A stretch of 64,000 bases of DNA. Origin: Escherichia phage EcS1. Location: sequence record NC_055721.1; one strand, given 5' to 3'. The notes below the pieces were generated by a model. That model worked only from the letters and a program-made list of their open reading frames with translations, searched no databases and was not told where the DNA came from. Position numbers and translations under genes: made by a program. Positions 14,935 to 26,817 of the stretch are shown piece after piece (position 1 is the first letter of the stretch; every line of letters starts with the position of its first letter).

Positions 14935-15623
14935 TATATTACCTTTTTAATTTGTTCAAATAGTTGTTCTAAAGTACCAGTGTTCATTATAACACTGTCA
15001 CCAGGAGAAATTGGAAGACCTGCTTCAGTTATGTGCTGGTCTGTATTTTGATCGGTTTCAGGACGAACTACATGAATAATCGTAGCACCCATCGCCCTGA
15101 GCGAATCAATTTCGTGCACTTGACGGACATCAGGAATAACATAATAGTTATAACCTGAATAGAAGTTATCAAGATAGTTTTCTGTAAATAATTTAACCCA
15201 ATACATACGGTCGAGTTTATTAACAATCACATCAGTCCCAAGGGTCTGCATGAGACGACGGATTGTCCATTCCTCTACATTATTATTTAATACAGAAGAA
15301 ATCGCATCTTGGACTTTACTATCATATCGAGTGTATCTGAAATTGAAAACTTCATGAAGGACTTCAATACATTCATGCAGAAGAACACACACATCTTCAT
15401 TGTTTATAGGAAGGACCATTTCACGATCTATGCCAGTTCCTTCCCAATCACAATATAGTAACTGATGTAGTTCATTGATACCAGAGCGTTCCCAGGCACA
15501 CCTAAGAGCATACTTAATAGGCATAGCAAGTTGCCATTTCAAAGAACTAAAATTTTCAGTTATGTAATCAGCCGTAGTATCTTTACCACTACGTTTTTTA
15601 CCCACAATCACTAAGAGTTTCAT
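14934..15623 (-). CDS. 1: deoxynucleoside monophosphate kinase
   Basis: P-loop MKLLVIVGKKRSGKDT at the N-terminus; size and position match T4 gp1. Confidence 0.8.
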
Positions 15624-15624
15624 A

Positions 15625-16212
15625 TTACCTCATTGATGGATGCATAGCCATTCTGGCCTCTATATTACTTTGCGCCGCAGAATCAATCTGAGGACGACCT
15701 TGTACTATTTTACCATCAATTTCAACTTCAAAATATTTGTATTGGAATGTTGCTGTAGAAACAATTGCCGGGTCGCCATCTTCAGCATAGTTAAATTCAA
15801 CTTCGGTTAAATCTGATGGCCAAGCACCATAATAATGAATGGACATCACGATACTAGTTTTCTTATTGTCAAGGATATGTAGAGTTACCGCTTCAGGCTG
15901 TCCCTTTGGATGCCAGGCGGTGCTCTCGTGTGTAGAATAGTTATTGAGTGTTAACATCCATTTATAGATGTCGAGCCAACTGACGAGTTCCCTGTCCACT
16001 AGGAAGCGCACGACCAAAGGGTCAAATTCTATAGTTGAACCTGGTAGATTAGCACGGGCTATACCTTGAGTACCTGAAGGCACGTTTGATGGCGGAATAT
16101 GAATCCCAGGAATCAAAGCCATTTGTACATTCATTTTGAATGTTTCAGTTAATCCTGAATCAGCTACTTCAAGAATAAAGTTAGTTGTATTTGTTTGGTT
16201 AGATAATGACAT
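15625..16212 (-). CDS. 3: tail completion and sheath stabilizer protein gp3
   Basis: 195-aa ORF in the conserved 1-3-2-4 order. Confidence 0.75.
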   Translation of the reverse strand: MSLSNQTNTTNFILEVADSGLTETFKMNVQMALIPGIHIPPSNVPSGTQGIARANLPGSTIEFDPLVVRFLVDRELVSWLDIYKWMLTLNNYSTHESTAWHPKGQPEAVTLHILDNKKTSIVMSIHYYGAWPSDLTEVEFNYAEDGDPAIVSTATFQYKYFEVEIDGKIVQGRPQIDSAAQSNIEARMAMHPSMR

Positions 16213-16306
16213 AGTTCCTCCAGGGCCGAAGCCCTGTTTGCTAAATTATAATGACGGTATAATGGTTTTAGGTCTTTAAAACAGGGTGATTCAGTTGGTG
16301 ATAGAA

Positions 16307-17149
16307 TTAAGAAGACCAGACTTTGGTTGCTGAATAACGCTTACCTTGAGACATAAATTGCTGAGTTGGTAACATAACGACATTAGCCCAATCAGAAGGT
16401 TTTATTTCAATCAACTTTCCTTTTATATTGCCTGGAATATAGGCTTTAATCATCTTATCTGCACCAGCAAATCCTTTCACAGAAGACCAATCAATTTTTA
16501 ATTTAGTATTATTAGTTATCGTAGGTGTGCTTGCATATTGCTTCAGCAATTCTTCTAAGAACTGTTGACGAGCCTTAGGTGGAATATAGTGCAAGTTCAA
16601 ACCATACATTAAATGACCAGTAGTACCTGAACCACGTCCTAGATAAATGATAAGTGGATACTTATCCCAGAATGGAAGAGTATCTTTATGCTTTGCATCG
16701 TAGATGTAAGCATATAACTTACCAGCCATTGGTTTGGTTACTTGGTGACCACGCACGTTCTTTTTAATAGTTTCAGCAAACCATTTAGCTGATTTATTAT
16801 TGACTGCAGCACCTTCGTTAGCGAGTTTATCTCGAATCGAAGTACGAAAACTATTAATCATTAAAACTTGACGTTCTTGCTTAGTCATTTTATTAGGAGA
16901 TTTCTTTCCTAAATCATCAACTTGTAAAGCAACCTTGATTCGCGAAGCGTATCGAGACATCGATTTAGTAAATGTAGCATAATTGATACCACGTTCGTCT
17001 GCGAATGCTTTAGCTGTTACACCTTTACGCTTTTCTTTTTGATACTCTACACCAATCTTAACCCATTGTTGTTCTGATTTCGTAGCTGGTCTTAATGGTT
17101 TAGCAACTGATTCGTTTATTAATTGAAAAATAGCCATTATCCTCTCCAA
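16307..17149 (-). CDS. 2: DNA end protector protein gp2
   Basis: 280-aa basic protein in the conserved position (T4 gp2 is 274 aa). Confidence 0.75.
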   Translation of the reverse strand: MERIMAIFQLINESVAKPLRPATKSEQQWVKIGVEYQKEKRKGVTAKAFADERGINYATFTKSMSRYASRIKVALQVDDLGKKSPNKMTKQERQVLMINSFRTSIRDKLANEGAAVNNKSAKWFAETIKKNVRGHQVTKPMAGKLYAYIYDAKHKDTLPFWDKYPLIIYLGRGSGTTGHLMYGLNLHYIPPKARQQFLEELLKQYASTPTITNNTKLKIDWSSVKGFAGADKMIKAYIPGNIKGKLIEIKPSDWANVVMLPTQQFMSQGKRYSATKVWSS

Positions 17150-17586
17150 CCTATTTTCTTCAATCCATCCTCAGTTAGAACTCTAAAGATGATACCCATT
17201 TTATCTGCTGTAGCTTGAGCAGCTTTCCATTTATCTTGATTCACACTCCATGTATAAACTTCATTGATATATCGTTTTTTAGCTGCTGTAGTAAGCTTAA
17301 CAGGCGTAGGTGGAGCAGTTGTTTCTTTCTTAGGCTTCACCTCAATGAAGAATTGTTTACCGTCTTGTGTTTTGAACCAAAAGTCCATAAAATAACGGCG
17401 CTTCTTTCCTTCAGCATTACAGAAATAAGGAATCACAACCTCTTCAGAGTTCCATTGAATTACTTCATTGTTATTATCTAACCATTTCATGAAGTAATGC
17501 TCCCAAGAAGAACGGTATGTAATCTTTCTGAAATCGCCTTTATATTTTTCTAATTTAGTTGGCAGAAACTTCCCGCTATAGGCCAT
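17137..17586 (-). CDS. 4: head completion protein gp4
   Basis: 149-aa ORF (T4 gp4 150 aa), divergent from gene 53. Confidence 0.75.
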   Translation of the reverse strand: MAYSGKFLPTKLEKYKGDFRKITYRSSWEHYFMKWLDNNNEVIQWNSEEVVIPYFCNAEGKKRRYFMDFWFKTQDGKQFFIEVKPKKETTAPPTPVKLTTAAKKRYINEVYTWSVNQDKWKAAQATADKMGIIFRVLTEDGLKKIGWRG

Positions 17587-17596
17587 AATGCCTCCT

Positions 17597-17604
17597 TATA
17601 AATA
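17597..17604 (+). promoter_or_regulatory. T4-type late promoter TATAAATA (gene 53)
   Basis: Exact TATAAATA 31 nt upstream of the gene 53 ATG. Confidence 0.55.
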
Positions 17605-17614
17605 TTCATATACT

Positions 17615-17622
17615 TATTTATA
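17615..17622 (-). promoter_or_regulatory. T4-type late promoter TATAAATA (gene 4, minus strand)
   Basis: Exact TATAAATA on the minus strand about 30 nt upstream of the gene 4 ATG. Confidence 0.5.
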
Positions 17623-17634
17623 AATGGAGACTCT

Positions 17635-18210
17635 ATGATCTTTTCATTTTTTGACCCAGTCTCATACCAGGCAAAAACTGTCGATGTGAATGCACCAGTT
17701 GTTAAGCTAACGGATATTTATCGAGACTACCAAACATACTTCAATCGTGTGATCGCTAAATTCAAATTAAAAACATATTACATTAGTGGTGCTCCACGCC
17801 CTGAAGAACTAGCTAACATTCTTTATGGTAATACTCAATTATATTGGGTCCTACTGATGTGTAATGCTAATTTCGATCCGTTCCATGGTTGGATTACATC
17901 TCAAGAAGCAGCATATCAATCAGCAATCCAAAGATATCAAGATGTTGGCGGCGAACAAGTTTTATACCATATTGATGCCCTAGGCGAACTCTGGTATAAC
18001 TTAGTTGAAGACCCAGCGAACCCAGGTAATTGGTATGATAAAGGCGATAAGCTTATGCGATATAGACAATATCAAGGGCCTTTAGCGGCTGTAGATACTT
18101 ATGAAGATGCTATTCGTAAGAATGAACACGCTCGCGAAATTAAAATAATTGACCCTAATGATATTGAGTCGTTCCTTTCCGGATTAATTAGAGAAATGGA
18201 AAAAGCATAA
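17635..18210 (+). CDS. 53: baseplate wedge protein gp53
   Basis: 191-aa ORF beginning the late baseplate block (T4 gp53 196 aa). Confidence 0.85.
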   Translation: MIFSFFDPVSYQAKTVDVNAPVVKLTDIYRDYQTYFNRVIAKFKLKTYYISGAPRPEELANILYGNTQLYWVLLMCNANFDPFHGWITSQEAAYQSAIQRYQDVGGEQVLYHIDALGELWYNLVEDPANPGNWYDKGDKLMRYRQYQGPLAAVDTYEDAIRKNEHAREIKIIDPNDIESFLSGLIREMEKA

Positions 18211-19937
18211 TGTTGAATATGAATACACACGTTGAGTGGTTCGTTGGCGTAGTTGAAGATCGAATGGACCCTCTAGAACAAGGCCGTGTACGCACCCGTG
18301 TATACGGTCTACACCCTTACCAGAAAACTCAAGGTAATATCTCTGGTGTCCCTACAGCAGAATTACCATGGATGTCTATCCTTCAAGGAACAAATTCAGC
18401 AGCTATTTCAGGCGTACAATCTGCAATTACCGGTATGGTTGAAGGGACCCATGTCTTTGGTCTTTGGTTAGATGAATATAAATTGAACGGTTTAATTATT
18501 GGAACATATTCATCTAATTCAAAAACAAAACCGAACTTTAATGAAGGCTTCTCTGACCCAACAGGTCAGTATCCTCGTTATTTAGGTAATGACACAAACC
18601 CATTAAACCGTGGTGGAGAATCGGGTTTTACATCAACACCAAACGTTATTCAAGATGCGAATTTAGACACAGGCATTAATCCAGATGATACAGATTTATC
18701 TGATATTCCTGAAGATGATAACCCAGACTATACAATCCAAGCAATGCTTCGCCGTGATGAAGGACTCAGATTAAAAGTGTATTGGGATAGTGAAGGATAT
18801 CCTACTATTGGTATTGGTCATTTAATAATGACAACCAAAACACGTAATATGGATGAAATCAATAAAGCATTAAGTAATCAAATAAAACGTGAAGTTAGAG
18901 GTAATCCTGGCTCAATCTCTATGGATGAAGCAGTTTCTTTATTCCAACAAGATTTAAAAAAGATGCAGGACGATATCACTAAAAATTCCACTGTTGGTCC
19001 TGTTTATGCTAAAATGAACAAATCCCGTAAAATGGCTCTTGAAAATATGTCATTCCAAATGGGCGTAGGTGGGTTAGCTAAATTTACTAATATGTTAGCT
19101 GCTATGTTTATCGGTGATTGGACTACAGCTTATAATGAAGCAAGAGATTCAACATGGTATAACCAAACTAAAGGCCGTGCATCAAGAGTATCAATGATTA
19201 TTCTTGTAGGCAACATGGAATCATATGGCATTCCTGTTTCAACTTCAACACCTAAATCATTATCGGCAGCAGCGACTGTAAGAACTAGTTCTGACCCTAG
19301 TGACCCATGGACTCCTACTGATTCTCGTATTCTGTTTAAAGAACCTATAAGTTCATATAAAGGACAATATCCTTATGTCCAAAGTATGGAAACTGAAGGT
19401 GGTCATATTCAAGAGTTTGATAATACTCCAGGACAAGAACGTTATCGCTTAAGTCATCCTACAGGAAGTTATGAAGAAGTTGCTCCTGACGGACGCAGAA
19501 CAATTAAAACTGTGGCTGACGGTTATTACATCACTAATGGTGACGGGAATACTTTAATTTCAGGTGACAATAAAGTCAACGTTGGCGGTGATGAAGTTTA
19601 TTACAACATGTCCAGCAGACGTCAACAAATTGACGGAAACCAAGAAATCTTTATAAGAGGAAATGATACTTGTACTGTTGAAGGCGATGGGACTTTAATT
19701 GTAAAGGGTAACATCAAAATTGTCGTAGAAGGTGATGCTGATATAGAAGTTCAAGGTAATGCCAAGTCTCATGTTGTTGGCAATCATGAATATACTGTAG
19801 ATGGGAATCTTGTTTGGAAAGTTGCTGGAACAGTTGATATGCAGGCTGGTGGCGCATGGACACAAACAATGGCTTCGATGTCTTCTAAAGCAGCTGGACA
19901 ATACACAATCGACGGTTCACGTATCGATATAGGCTAA
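18210..19937 (+). CDS. 5: baseplate hub and tail lysozyme gp5
   Basis: 575 aa; internal T4-lysozyme-like domain (LRRDEGLRLKVYWDSEGYPTIGIGHL...WYNQTKGRASRV) and C-terminal beta-helix repeats (VxGNxxxxVxG). Confidence 0.92.
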   Translation: MLNMNTHVEWFVGVVEDRMDPLEQGRVRTRVYGLHPYQKTQGNISGVPTAELPWMSILQGTNSAAISGVQSAITGMVEGTHVFGLWLDEYKLNGLIIGTYSSNSKTKPNFNEGFSDPTGQYPRYLGNDTNPLNRGGESGFTSTPNVIQDANLDTGINPDDTDLSDIPEDDNPDYTIQAMLRRDEGLRLKVYWDSEGYPTIGIGHLIMTTKTRNMDEINKALSNQIKREVRGNPGSISMDEAVSLFQQDLKKMQDDITKNSTVGPVYAKMNKSRKMALENMSFQMGVGGLAKFTNMLAAMFIGDWTTAYNEARDSTWYNQTKGRASRVSMIILVGNMESYGIPVSTSTPKSLSAAATVRTSSDPSDPWTPTDSRILFKEPISSYKGQYPYVQSMETEGGHIQEFDNTPGQERYRLSHPTGSYEEVAPDGRRTIKTVADGYYITNGDGNTLISGDNKVNVGGDEVYYNMSSRRQQIDGNQEIFIRGNDTCTVEGDGTLIVKGNIKIVVEGDADIEVQGNAKSHVVGNHEYTVDGNLVWKVAGTVDMQAGGAWTQTMASMSSKAAGQYTIDGSRIDIG

Positions 19938-20452
19938 TGGCTCAAATACTCCCAGTAAATACTACCCTAGATGAAGATATCGAGGGTAGTTCAATAGACA
20001 TAATGTTTACTCCTGTATTTGATACAGGAGAAAGTCTTGTCTCAATAAATATAACTGACTATCAACCTACTCCTGGTATAAATGTTGATGGAGCTCATTT
20101 ATATGGAACTTATTCAAGCGTATTTTCATTTAGTGGAGATGCATTAAGTTATAGAATAGGTGATGAATTAAAAAGTGCTTCAGCATGGGAGGACCTTCCT
20201 CCTAAAGAAGATGCTGATTTATACTTATGGAGAGCCCCCTCTAAGCTCGAGAGGACATTCACTTATACGGTTGAGTTAATCTATATGTACCAGGCTCCTG
20301 ATGTCCCTGGCGCTACAGGAAGTGACGGATCGGCTGGTACTCCAACTACGCCTCCTCCAGTTCAAAAGACCTTAACTCAAGTTTATTCAAAACGAATAGT
20401 CGGTAATTGGTCTAAATGGGCAATTCAACTTCGTAACTATGTGGTGAGATAA
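19937..20452 (+). CDS. gp5.1-like hypothetical protein
   Basis: 171-aa ORF between gene 5 and the PAAR gene, with ATGA start/stop overlaps. Confidence 0.55.
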   Translation: MAQILPVNTTLDEDIEGSSIDIMFTPVFDTGESLVSINITDYQPTPGINVDGAHLYGTYSSVFSFSGDALSYRIGDELKSASAWEDLPPKEDADLYLWRAPSKLERTFTYTVELIYMYQAPDVPGATGSDGSAGTPTTPPPVQKTLTQVYSKRIVGNWSKWAIQLRNYVVR

Positions 20453-20745
20453 TGGCAGGTCTTTCATTCAATCAATGCGTAACTGCTGGACATGATGCTT
20501 ATCCTCCTACAGCAGTTAATGCAACGCAATCTAAAGTATTCACTGGTGGAATCCCAGTATTAGTAGATGGTGATAAAATTACACCTCATACTAAAACAGT
20601 TAAGCCTTATGACACACATGATGGCACTGTTCAACCTCGTACGTCTAAAGTGTATGTGACAGGGAAAAAGGCAGTCCAAATGGCCGATCCTATTTCTTGT
20701 GGTGACACTGTGGCTCAATCCTCAAATAAAGTGTTTATAAAATAA
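20452..20745 (+). CDS. 5.4: PAAR-repeat spike tip protein gp5.4
   Basis: 97 aa with PAAR-like motifs (AGHDAYPP...[10 protein letters not shown]...ISCGDTVAQ); position matches T4 5.4. Confidence 0.8.
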   Translation: MAGLSFNQCVTAGHDAYPPTAVNATQSKVFTGGIPVLVDGDKITPHTKTVKPYDTHDGTVQPRTSKVYVTGKKAVQMADPISCGDTVAQSSNKVFIK

Positions 20746-22700
20746 TGGCAACTACTCAACCAGTAAATTACCAACTGACACGTACAGTTAATGCAATCCC
20801 AGAAGCATTCGTGGGTGGAACGTTCGATGAAATTAAAAAGAACTTAACTGACTGGCTACGTGGTCAAAAAGAATTCTTGGATTATGATTTCACCGGTTCA
20901 AGAATTAACGTCCTTTTAGACCTTTTAGCATATAACACTCTTTATATGCAGCAGTTCGCGAACACGGCAATCTATGAAAGTTTTATCGGAACTGCTAACC
21001 AACGTTCTTCAGTTGTTCAGGCTGCTCAAGACGAAGGATATCTGCCTTCATCTAAATCGGCTGCACAAACAAGTATCCTTTTAACATGTACTCATGCATT
21101 GAATCAGCCTAATATTAAAATTCCACGTGGAACAAGATTCTTGGCTTATGCTCGAGATACAAGCGCCGATCCATATGCATTCGTCGTATTAGAAGACGTA
21201 ATTGCAATTAAAGACAACAAGAGCCAATACAAGCCTATTGTTAATTTAGCTCAAGGTCGTATTATTCGTACTGAATTACTTTATGACCCAACACAACCTA
21301 TTTTGATTCGCGACGAAAAGATTGACCGTAAACAAGTCAACTTATCAGTGAATGGCGTTTCATGGACTGACTGGACCAATAAATCAATGGTTCATGCTGG
21401 CTCTACCTCTACTATTTTCTATATGCGTGAAACCATTGATGGTCATACTGAATTCTTCTTTGGTGAAGGTGTTCAGTCTAAAGCTGTTGCAGGTGGCGTG
21501 TTAGAATCAAATTATATTGGTGGGTTGAAGCCAACTGCCAATTCAAGTATTGTAATCGAATACTTACGTACTGATGGTGAATCAGCTAATGGTGCAACAG
21601 ACTTTAGTTATGCCGATTCATTGCAATATATCACTGTAGAAAAAATCACTGAAAACTACGATGAGAATCCTGATTATGTAGGTGCTGATGGTGGTGGTGA
21701 ACCTGAAAATATTGAACGTATTCGCGAACTAGCCGTAGTGAAACGTGAATCACAGATGCGTTGTGTAACAGCAAGTGACTATGATACATTTGTTTCCGAA
21801 CGTTTTGGTTCTATTGTTCAAGCTGTTCAAACGTTTACTGACTCTGAAAAACCTGGTTATGCATTCATTGCGATTAAACCTAATTCTGGTTTATACTTGA
21901 CTGCAGTACAACGTGAAGATATTCAAGCTTATTTGAATGACTACAACTTGGCTCCAATTACTCCTTCAGTTATTTCACCAAACTATCTTTTCTTGAAGCA
22001 TAATATCAAGGTGTCATATGCCTTAAATAAACTCCAAGAATCAGAACAATGGTTGAGAAGTCAGGTAATTGATCAAATTGATGCTTATTACACTAAAGAA
22101 GTTGAAATCTTTAATGCTGGATTTGCTAAATCTAAGATGTTGACTTATGTCGATAATGCAGACCATAGTATCTTGGGTTCAACTGCAGTAATAACAATGG
22201 TTCGTGAAATATTGAACTTTGCTGCGACTCCTTCAGCTGGTATTAAATACTATAATCAATATACGCCGCGTTCTGTAGTTTCAAGTCCATTTGAATTTAC
22301 CCCAGTAGCTCCACTCGTTCCGTATATGGTTCGAATTGCTTCAACTGATAAAGGCGAAGATGGAATGGGTAAAATGGTAATCGGTCCATTCAGGGATGGA
22401 GATGTTAAAGAAAATGCTAACATCGTTCCTTACACAGGAACTGATTTCAATAAAATGACTGCTCCTGCAGACCAAACAAAATATTACGTCATTGGTGAAT
22501 TAAGCTATTATTCTGATTACATTTATTGGGATATTGCTAAAATTGATTTAACTTCTGCTCAATTTGAAGTCCAATCAATTGAATTATCTGCTGACCCAAT
22601 AGAAGATAATATCTTTACTAAAGACGGTTCACTTATCGTATTTGAAGACGATCTTCGTCCTCAATACACAGTTATCACAATGGAGCCAATTACTCAATGA
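20745..22700 (+). CDS. 6: baseplate wedge protein gp6
   Basis: 651 aa (T4 gp6 660) in the conserved order. Confidence 0.88.
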   Translation: MATTQPVNYQLTRTVNAIPEAFVGGTFDEIKKNLTDWLRGQKEFLDYDFTGSRINVLLDLLAYNTLYMQQFANTAIYESFIGTANQRSSVVQAAQDEGYLPSSKSAAQTSILLTCTHALNQPNIKIPRGTRFLAYARDTSADPYAFVVLEDVIAIKDNKSQYKPIVNLAQGRIIRTELLYDPTQPILIRDEKIDRKQVNLSVNGVSWTDWTNKSMVHAGSTSTIFYMRETIDGHTEFFFGEGVQSKAVAGGVLESNYIGGLKPTANSSIVIEYLRTDGESANGATDFSYADSLQYITVEKITENYDENPDYVGADGGGEPENIERIRELAVVKRESQMRCVTASDYDTFVSERFGSIVQAVQTFTDSEKPGYAFIAIKPNSGLYLTAVQREDIQAYLNDYNLAPITPSVISPNYLFLKHNIKVSYALNKLQESEQWLRSQVIDQIDAYYTKEVEIFNAGFAKSKMLTYVDNADHSILGSTAVITMVREILNFAATPSAGIKYYNQYTPRSVVSSPFEFTPVAPLVPYMVRIASTDKGEDGMGKMVIGPFRDGDVKENANIVPYTGTDFNKMTAPADQTKYYVIGELSYYSDYIYWDIAKIDLTSAQFEVQSIELSADPIEDNIFTKDGSLIVFEDDLRPQYTVITMEPITQ

Positions 22701-25700
22701 CTGTAAAAGCACCTATCGTTACCAGTTTACGAATTGATAAACTGTCTGCGAACCAGGTTCACATTCGTTGGGATGACGTTGGTGCTAATTTCTACTATTT
22801 TGTAGAACTTACTAATACACGAGATGGTCTTGGGGTCGTAATTGACCCCTCTCGTTATCAGTGGAGAGCACTAGGTTATACCGCGGACAATGACTGGTTT
22901 GAAGAAGCATACATCTATCCACTCTCATATTATAAAATGCGCGTAGGCGTAGCTGCTGCAGGCTTCGAACAATCTGAATGGGTTACAACTGAAGAATTCC
23001 AAACATTTGAGACAAATGCGTATACATTTGAGACTATGCGTGAATTAACTTTAGTTAATAAGTTTATTCAAGAAAAATTTACAAAAAACAATCAAGATTA
23101 TATTAATTTCAACAGAGATTCTATTGAAGCTTCTTTAATGAATGAGAGCTTCCAATTTAGTCCTTCTTTTGACGACTTATCTTCAGTTAAAAACTTTATT
23201 TTAAATGAAGATCAATATCATGAGGTCCAAGGTCCAATAGTCCATGTTTGTAATCCGGACACAGACCGAGTAATGTTAGCTGAGATGGATGATGTTCTTT
23301 ATTTGTTTGAGCGCTTCCAACCTATGGTTAAAGTGTCAAATGATAAAGGACAGAACTGGCAATATATCCAATTGTTTAATGACCGTGTAGGCAATCCTGT
23401 TTCACGTATTTGTCATTATCAATCTAAATCGACTACGTATGTTCTTGGATATGACCGTATATTTTATGGACGTCGTTCTAATGATATCAGATGGTCAGCT
23501 GATGATGTTAAATTCAGTTCACAAGATATAACCTTCGCTAAAATCGGTGACCAATTAAAACTTGGATTTGATGTTGAAATCTTTGGGACTTATTCTAGAC
23601 TCCCAGGTGAAGTCTCTCGTATCGCAGAGGCAATCGTATGTAATGATGACTATGTCTATGTGGTTGCTCGTGATAAAGTCCGCTATGCTAAGCTGAAGAA
23701 TGCTCCTATAGATGTTGACCCAGCTTCTCCTACCTTTGGTGAGAAATTATTTGAAACTGAAGTTTTGAATATCACAGGCAATCCTAAAGCTGTATGCTTT
23801 AAAATGGATTCAATTGGCGGTCGTATATTTGCTTTAATCACAGGTGAAGTTAAAGTAGAAAAACAAGACCCAACGAATCCTGAAAATGTCATTGATTCAG
23901 CATCTAAAGGCGTTTATGTTCTTGAAGGTTCTACATGGCGCAGAGTATTCGGTAACACTGATGAAGAACGACGTCGGATTGAGCATCAATATACTTCAAT
24001 GTCTACTGATGGTATCGAATTATTCTTTAGCTCAAGTAACTTCAAATATCTTGAAACTGTTAAAGACACTGCACTGCTTCTTGAATACCCAGAATTATCA
24101 GATGCAATAAAATACGTCCCAGTCGAAGAGTTCTTGCATGATAAGCATTATCATATGATGAGCTTCCGTTCAGGCGAAGATTCTAATTGGGAAACATTTA
24201 AACCAGGACGTATGAAGTATTATGCTGAGCCATTCTTTGCTTGGATGAAACGTTCTGGGAATCGCAATTGGATTACAACTGATGACCACTGTATGGTTGT
24301 TTATGCAGACCGTTTGTATACAACTGTAATTGATGAATATGGTTCAGGTTCTCCAGACCGTATTATGCATGAAACTTGGAACAAAGGTGAATGTATTGTC
24401 AATTCGCCTAACATTGAGTTCAGAGGTTTTAAAAAATATGCCGGTGGTGTTTTGATTCATAAAAACACCGGTGAGCTTATTGGATATTTTGAATTTGACT
24501 ATCGAGTTCGTGATGAAGCTCGTATCATTTGGAAACCAAAAGAAGTAATGCTTAAAGCATATCTTCAGAACCAGGTTCGTGAAGTTCCTTGGACTCCAGA
24601 AGTAAACGATGCAGAACGTGATCCTGATTTACGACCACTAATTAATAAAATGATGCCTGACACTTACTTACTTCAAGATACTAATTTTGAAAAGTTTAGT
24701 GAATACTATTTGCAATATATTTCAGATGGATATGGCACTCATTATAATAAATTGTTGAATCTTATCAAAGAGAAATATCCTAGAGAAGAACATGCTTGGG
24801 AATACCTTTGGTCTGAAGTGTATAAACGCAATATCTATTTGGATAAAGAAAAACGTGATACAGTAACTCGATTCTTTGAGGCTCGTAAAGCTGACTTCTT
24901 TAAAACAAAAGGTATTGAAGAATCATATAAGTTCTTATTCAAAGTTCTTTATAATGAAGATGTTGAAATTGATATTGAATCTAAGAACACAACTGAATAT
25001 GGTGTTATTGTCGAATCTGATAATATCAGTGAAGATTTAGCAGGAAGAACAGTTTATACGCCAACAGGTCGTTGTAATGTGACTTATATCGAACGAGTTT
25101 ATTCTGAAGGTAAGCTGCAATGGCGATTAACTATTCATAACCTTTTAGGACGTTTCTTAGTTGGTCAAACTATTAAATCTGAAAAGACTAATTTCACTGG
25201 GACTATTGTTCAAGGTGTAAGAGGTAAAGAACTTCTTTCTAACAATATCGATTATATTAATCGTAATCGTTCTTATTACGTTATGAAGATTAAGTCTAAC
25301 CTGCCTACATCACGTTATCGTAATGACGTGTTAAGATTCGTTCATCCAGTTGGCTTTGGCTTTATTGGTATAACTCTTTTAACCATGTTCATTAACGTTG
25401 GTCTTACATTAAAGCATTCGGAAACAATCATCAATATGCTCAAAACATATCGTTGGGATGCTGGTTTACCTAATGTCTGGCCTGATAGAATTGCCGTCCT
25501 TGATTCAAATGGTAATATTGAATTTGACTCAGTTACAGGTGAAGCTAAATATGATAACCACCCTAATTCAGGACAACCGTTCCCATTGCCTACAGATTAT
25601 AATTCTGAAAATGACGATAGTATATTTGGTGGACAAACTCCGGATGAACGCCGTAAAGAATTAAGTCCAACTATGGACCAATCTGCAGTGACGTTCTCTA

Positions 25701-25786
25701 AATTCCGTAATTTGGTTGATAAGAGACTTAAAGATAATATTGGACATCCTCGTGACCCAATTAATCCAACACAGGCTAAAGTATAA
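22697..25786 (+). CDS. 7: baseplate wedge protein gp7
   Basis: 1029 aa (T4 gp7 1032) in the conserved order. Confidence 0.88.
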   Translation: MTVKAPIVTSLRIDKLSANQVHIRWDDVGANFYYFVELTNTRDGLGVVIDPSRYQWRALGYTADNDWFEEAYIYPLSYYKMRVGVAAAGFEQSEWVTTEEFQTFETNAYTFETMRELTLVNKFIQEKFTKNNQDYINFNRDSIEASLMNESFQFSPSFDDLSSVKNFILNEDQYHEVQGPIVHVCNPDTDRVMLAEMDDVLYLFERFQPMVKVSNDKGQNWQYIQLFNDRVGNPVSRICHYQSKSTTYVLGYDRIFYGRRSNDIRWSADDVKFSSQDITFAKIGDQLKLGFDVEIFGTYSRLPGEVSRIAEAIVCNDDYVYVVARDKVRYAKLKNAPIDVDPASPTFGEKLFETEVLNITGNPKAVCFKMDSIGGRIFALITGEVKVEKQDPTNPENVIDSASKGVYVLEGSTWRRVFGNTDEERRRIEHQYTSMSTDGIELFFSSSNFKYLETVKDTALLLEYPELSDAIKYVPVEEFLHDKHYHMMSFRSGEDSNWETFKPGRMKYYAEPFFAWMKRSGNRNWITTDDHCMVVYADRLYTTVIDEYGSGSPDRIMHETWNKGECIVNSPNIEFRGFKKYAGGVLIHKNTGELIGYFEFDYRVRDEARIIWKPKEVMLKAYLQNQVREVPWTPEVNDAERDPDLRPLINKMMPDTYLLQDTNFEKFSEYYLQYISDGYGTHYNKLLNLIKEKYPREEHAWEYLWSEVYKRNIYLDKEKRDTVTRFFEARKADFFKTKGIEESYKFLFKVLYNEDVEIDIESKNTTEYGVIVESDNISEDLAGRTVYTPTGRCNVTYIERVYSEGKLQWRLTIHNLLGRFLVGQTIKSEKTNFTGTIVQGVRGKELLSNNIDYINRNRSYYVMKIKSNLPTSRYRNDVLRFVHPVGFGFIGITLLTMFINVGLTLKHSETIINMLKTYRWDAGLPNVWPDRIAVLDSNGNIEFDSVTGEAKYDNHPNSGQPFPLPTDYNSENDDSIFGGQTPDERRKELSPTMDQSAVTFSKFRNLVDKRLKDNIGHPRDPINPTQAKV

Positions 25787-26790
25787 TGTTAAATTCAAGC
25801 GTAATTTATCGTGCAATTGTTACTTCAAAGTTTCGTACTGAGAAATTGCACACGTTTTACCAAAACGTAGGTGATGGTAAAACACAAAATACCTTGTTTA
25901 TTACATTTGGTCGTTCTGAGCCTTGGGCTGCAAACGAAACGGAGGCGGGCTTCGCCCCGCCTTATCCAAATGATAGTGAAGAAGGCGTAGTAGATATGTG
26001 GACTCATATGATGGGTTCAGTTAAAGTAATGCCATCAATGTTAGATGCTGTTACTCCGCGTAAAGACTGGGGTGATATTCGTTTTCCAAACCCAAGAAAC
26101 TTCCAAATTGGTGAAATAATTGTATCTAATACTGCTCCATATAACAAAACAGATGTAGGCGCAGGTTGGATGGTTTATCGTTGTGTCGATATTCCTGAAG
26201 ACGGAACTTGTTCTGTTGCTTCCATTACCAATAAGTCTGAATGTATTAAATTAGGCGGAACTTGGACTGCTAACCATGAATCAGCATTCCCACCTCGTGG
26301 TCGTGGCGATACAGAGGGAATGGTAGATTTAGGTGATGGATATCTATGGGAATATCTTTATGAGATCCCTGCCGACGTCTCTATTAACCGTTGCACTAAC
26401 GAATACATTGTTGTGCCATGGCCAGACGAAGTAGCTGCTGATCCTGAACGTTGGGGCTACAATAACAACTTGACTTGGCAACATAATGATTATGGAATCA
26501 TTTATCGAGTTAAGGCTAATACTATTCGATTCAAAGCTTATTTGGATTCGGTGTATTTCCCAGAAGCTTCTTTACCAGGTAATAAAGGTTTCCGTCAGAT
26601 TTCTTTAATCATAAATCCATTAGAGAAAAAAGTTCATCCAAGTGACCCTAATGTTAAAGCAGTTAAAGACTATTATAATGTAGTCGATATGGAACGTCAT
26701 TCAGGTGAAATGGTGTATATGGAAAACCGTCCTCCAATTGTTCGTTCAATGGACCAAACAGAAGAAATCAATTTGATCTTCGAATTCTAA
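25786..26790 (+). CDS. 8: baseplate wedge protein gp8
   Basis: 334 aa (T4 gp8 334). Confidence 0.88.
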   Translation: MLNSSVIYRAIVTSKFRTEKLHTFYQNVGDGKTQNTLFITFGRSEPWAANETEAGFAPPYPNDSEEGVVDMWTHMMGSVKVMPSMLDAVTPRKDWGDIRFPNPRNFQIGEIIVSNTAPYNKTDVGAGWMVYRCVDIPEDGTCSVASITNKSECIKLGGTWTANHESAFPPRGRGDTEGMVDLGDGYLWEYLYEIPADVSINRCTNEYIVVPWPDEVAADPERWGYNNNLTWQHNDYGIIYRVKANTIRFKAYLDSVYFPEASLPGNKGFRQISLIINPLEKKVHPSDPNVKAVKDYYNVVDMERHSGEMVYMENRPPIVRSMDQTEEINLIFEF

Positions 26791-26792
26791 TA

Positions 26793-26812
26793 AAGGGCCG
26801 AAAGGCCCTTTC
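26793..26812 (+). terminator. stem-loop after gene 8 (terminator or processing site candidate)
   Basis: AAAGGGCC-GAAA-GGCCCTTT hairpin directly after the gp8 stop. Confidence 0.35.
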
Positions 26813-26817
26813 GGGGC

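Noticed and set aside
17215-17481. Plus-strand ORF inside gene 4
   Set aside because: It is embedded antisense in a conserved gene.
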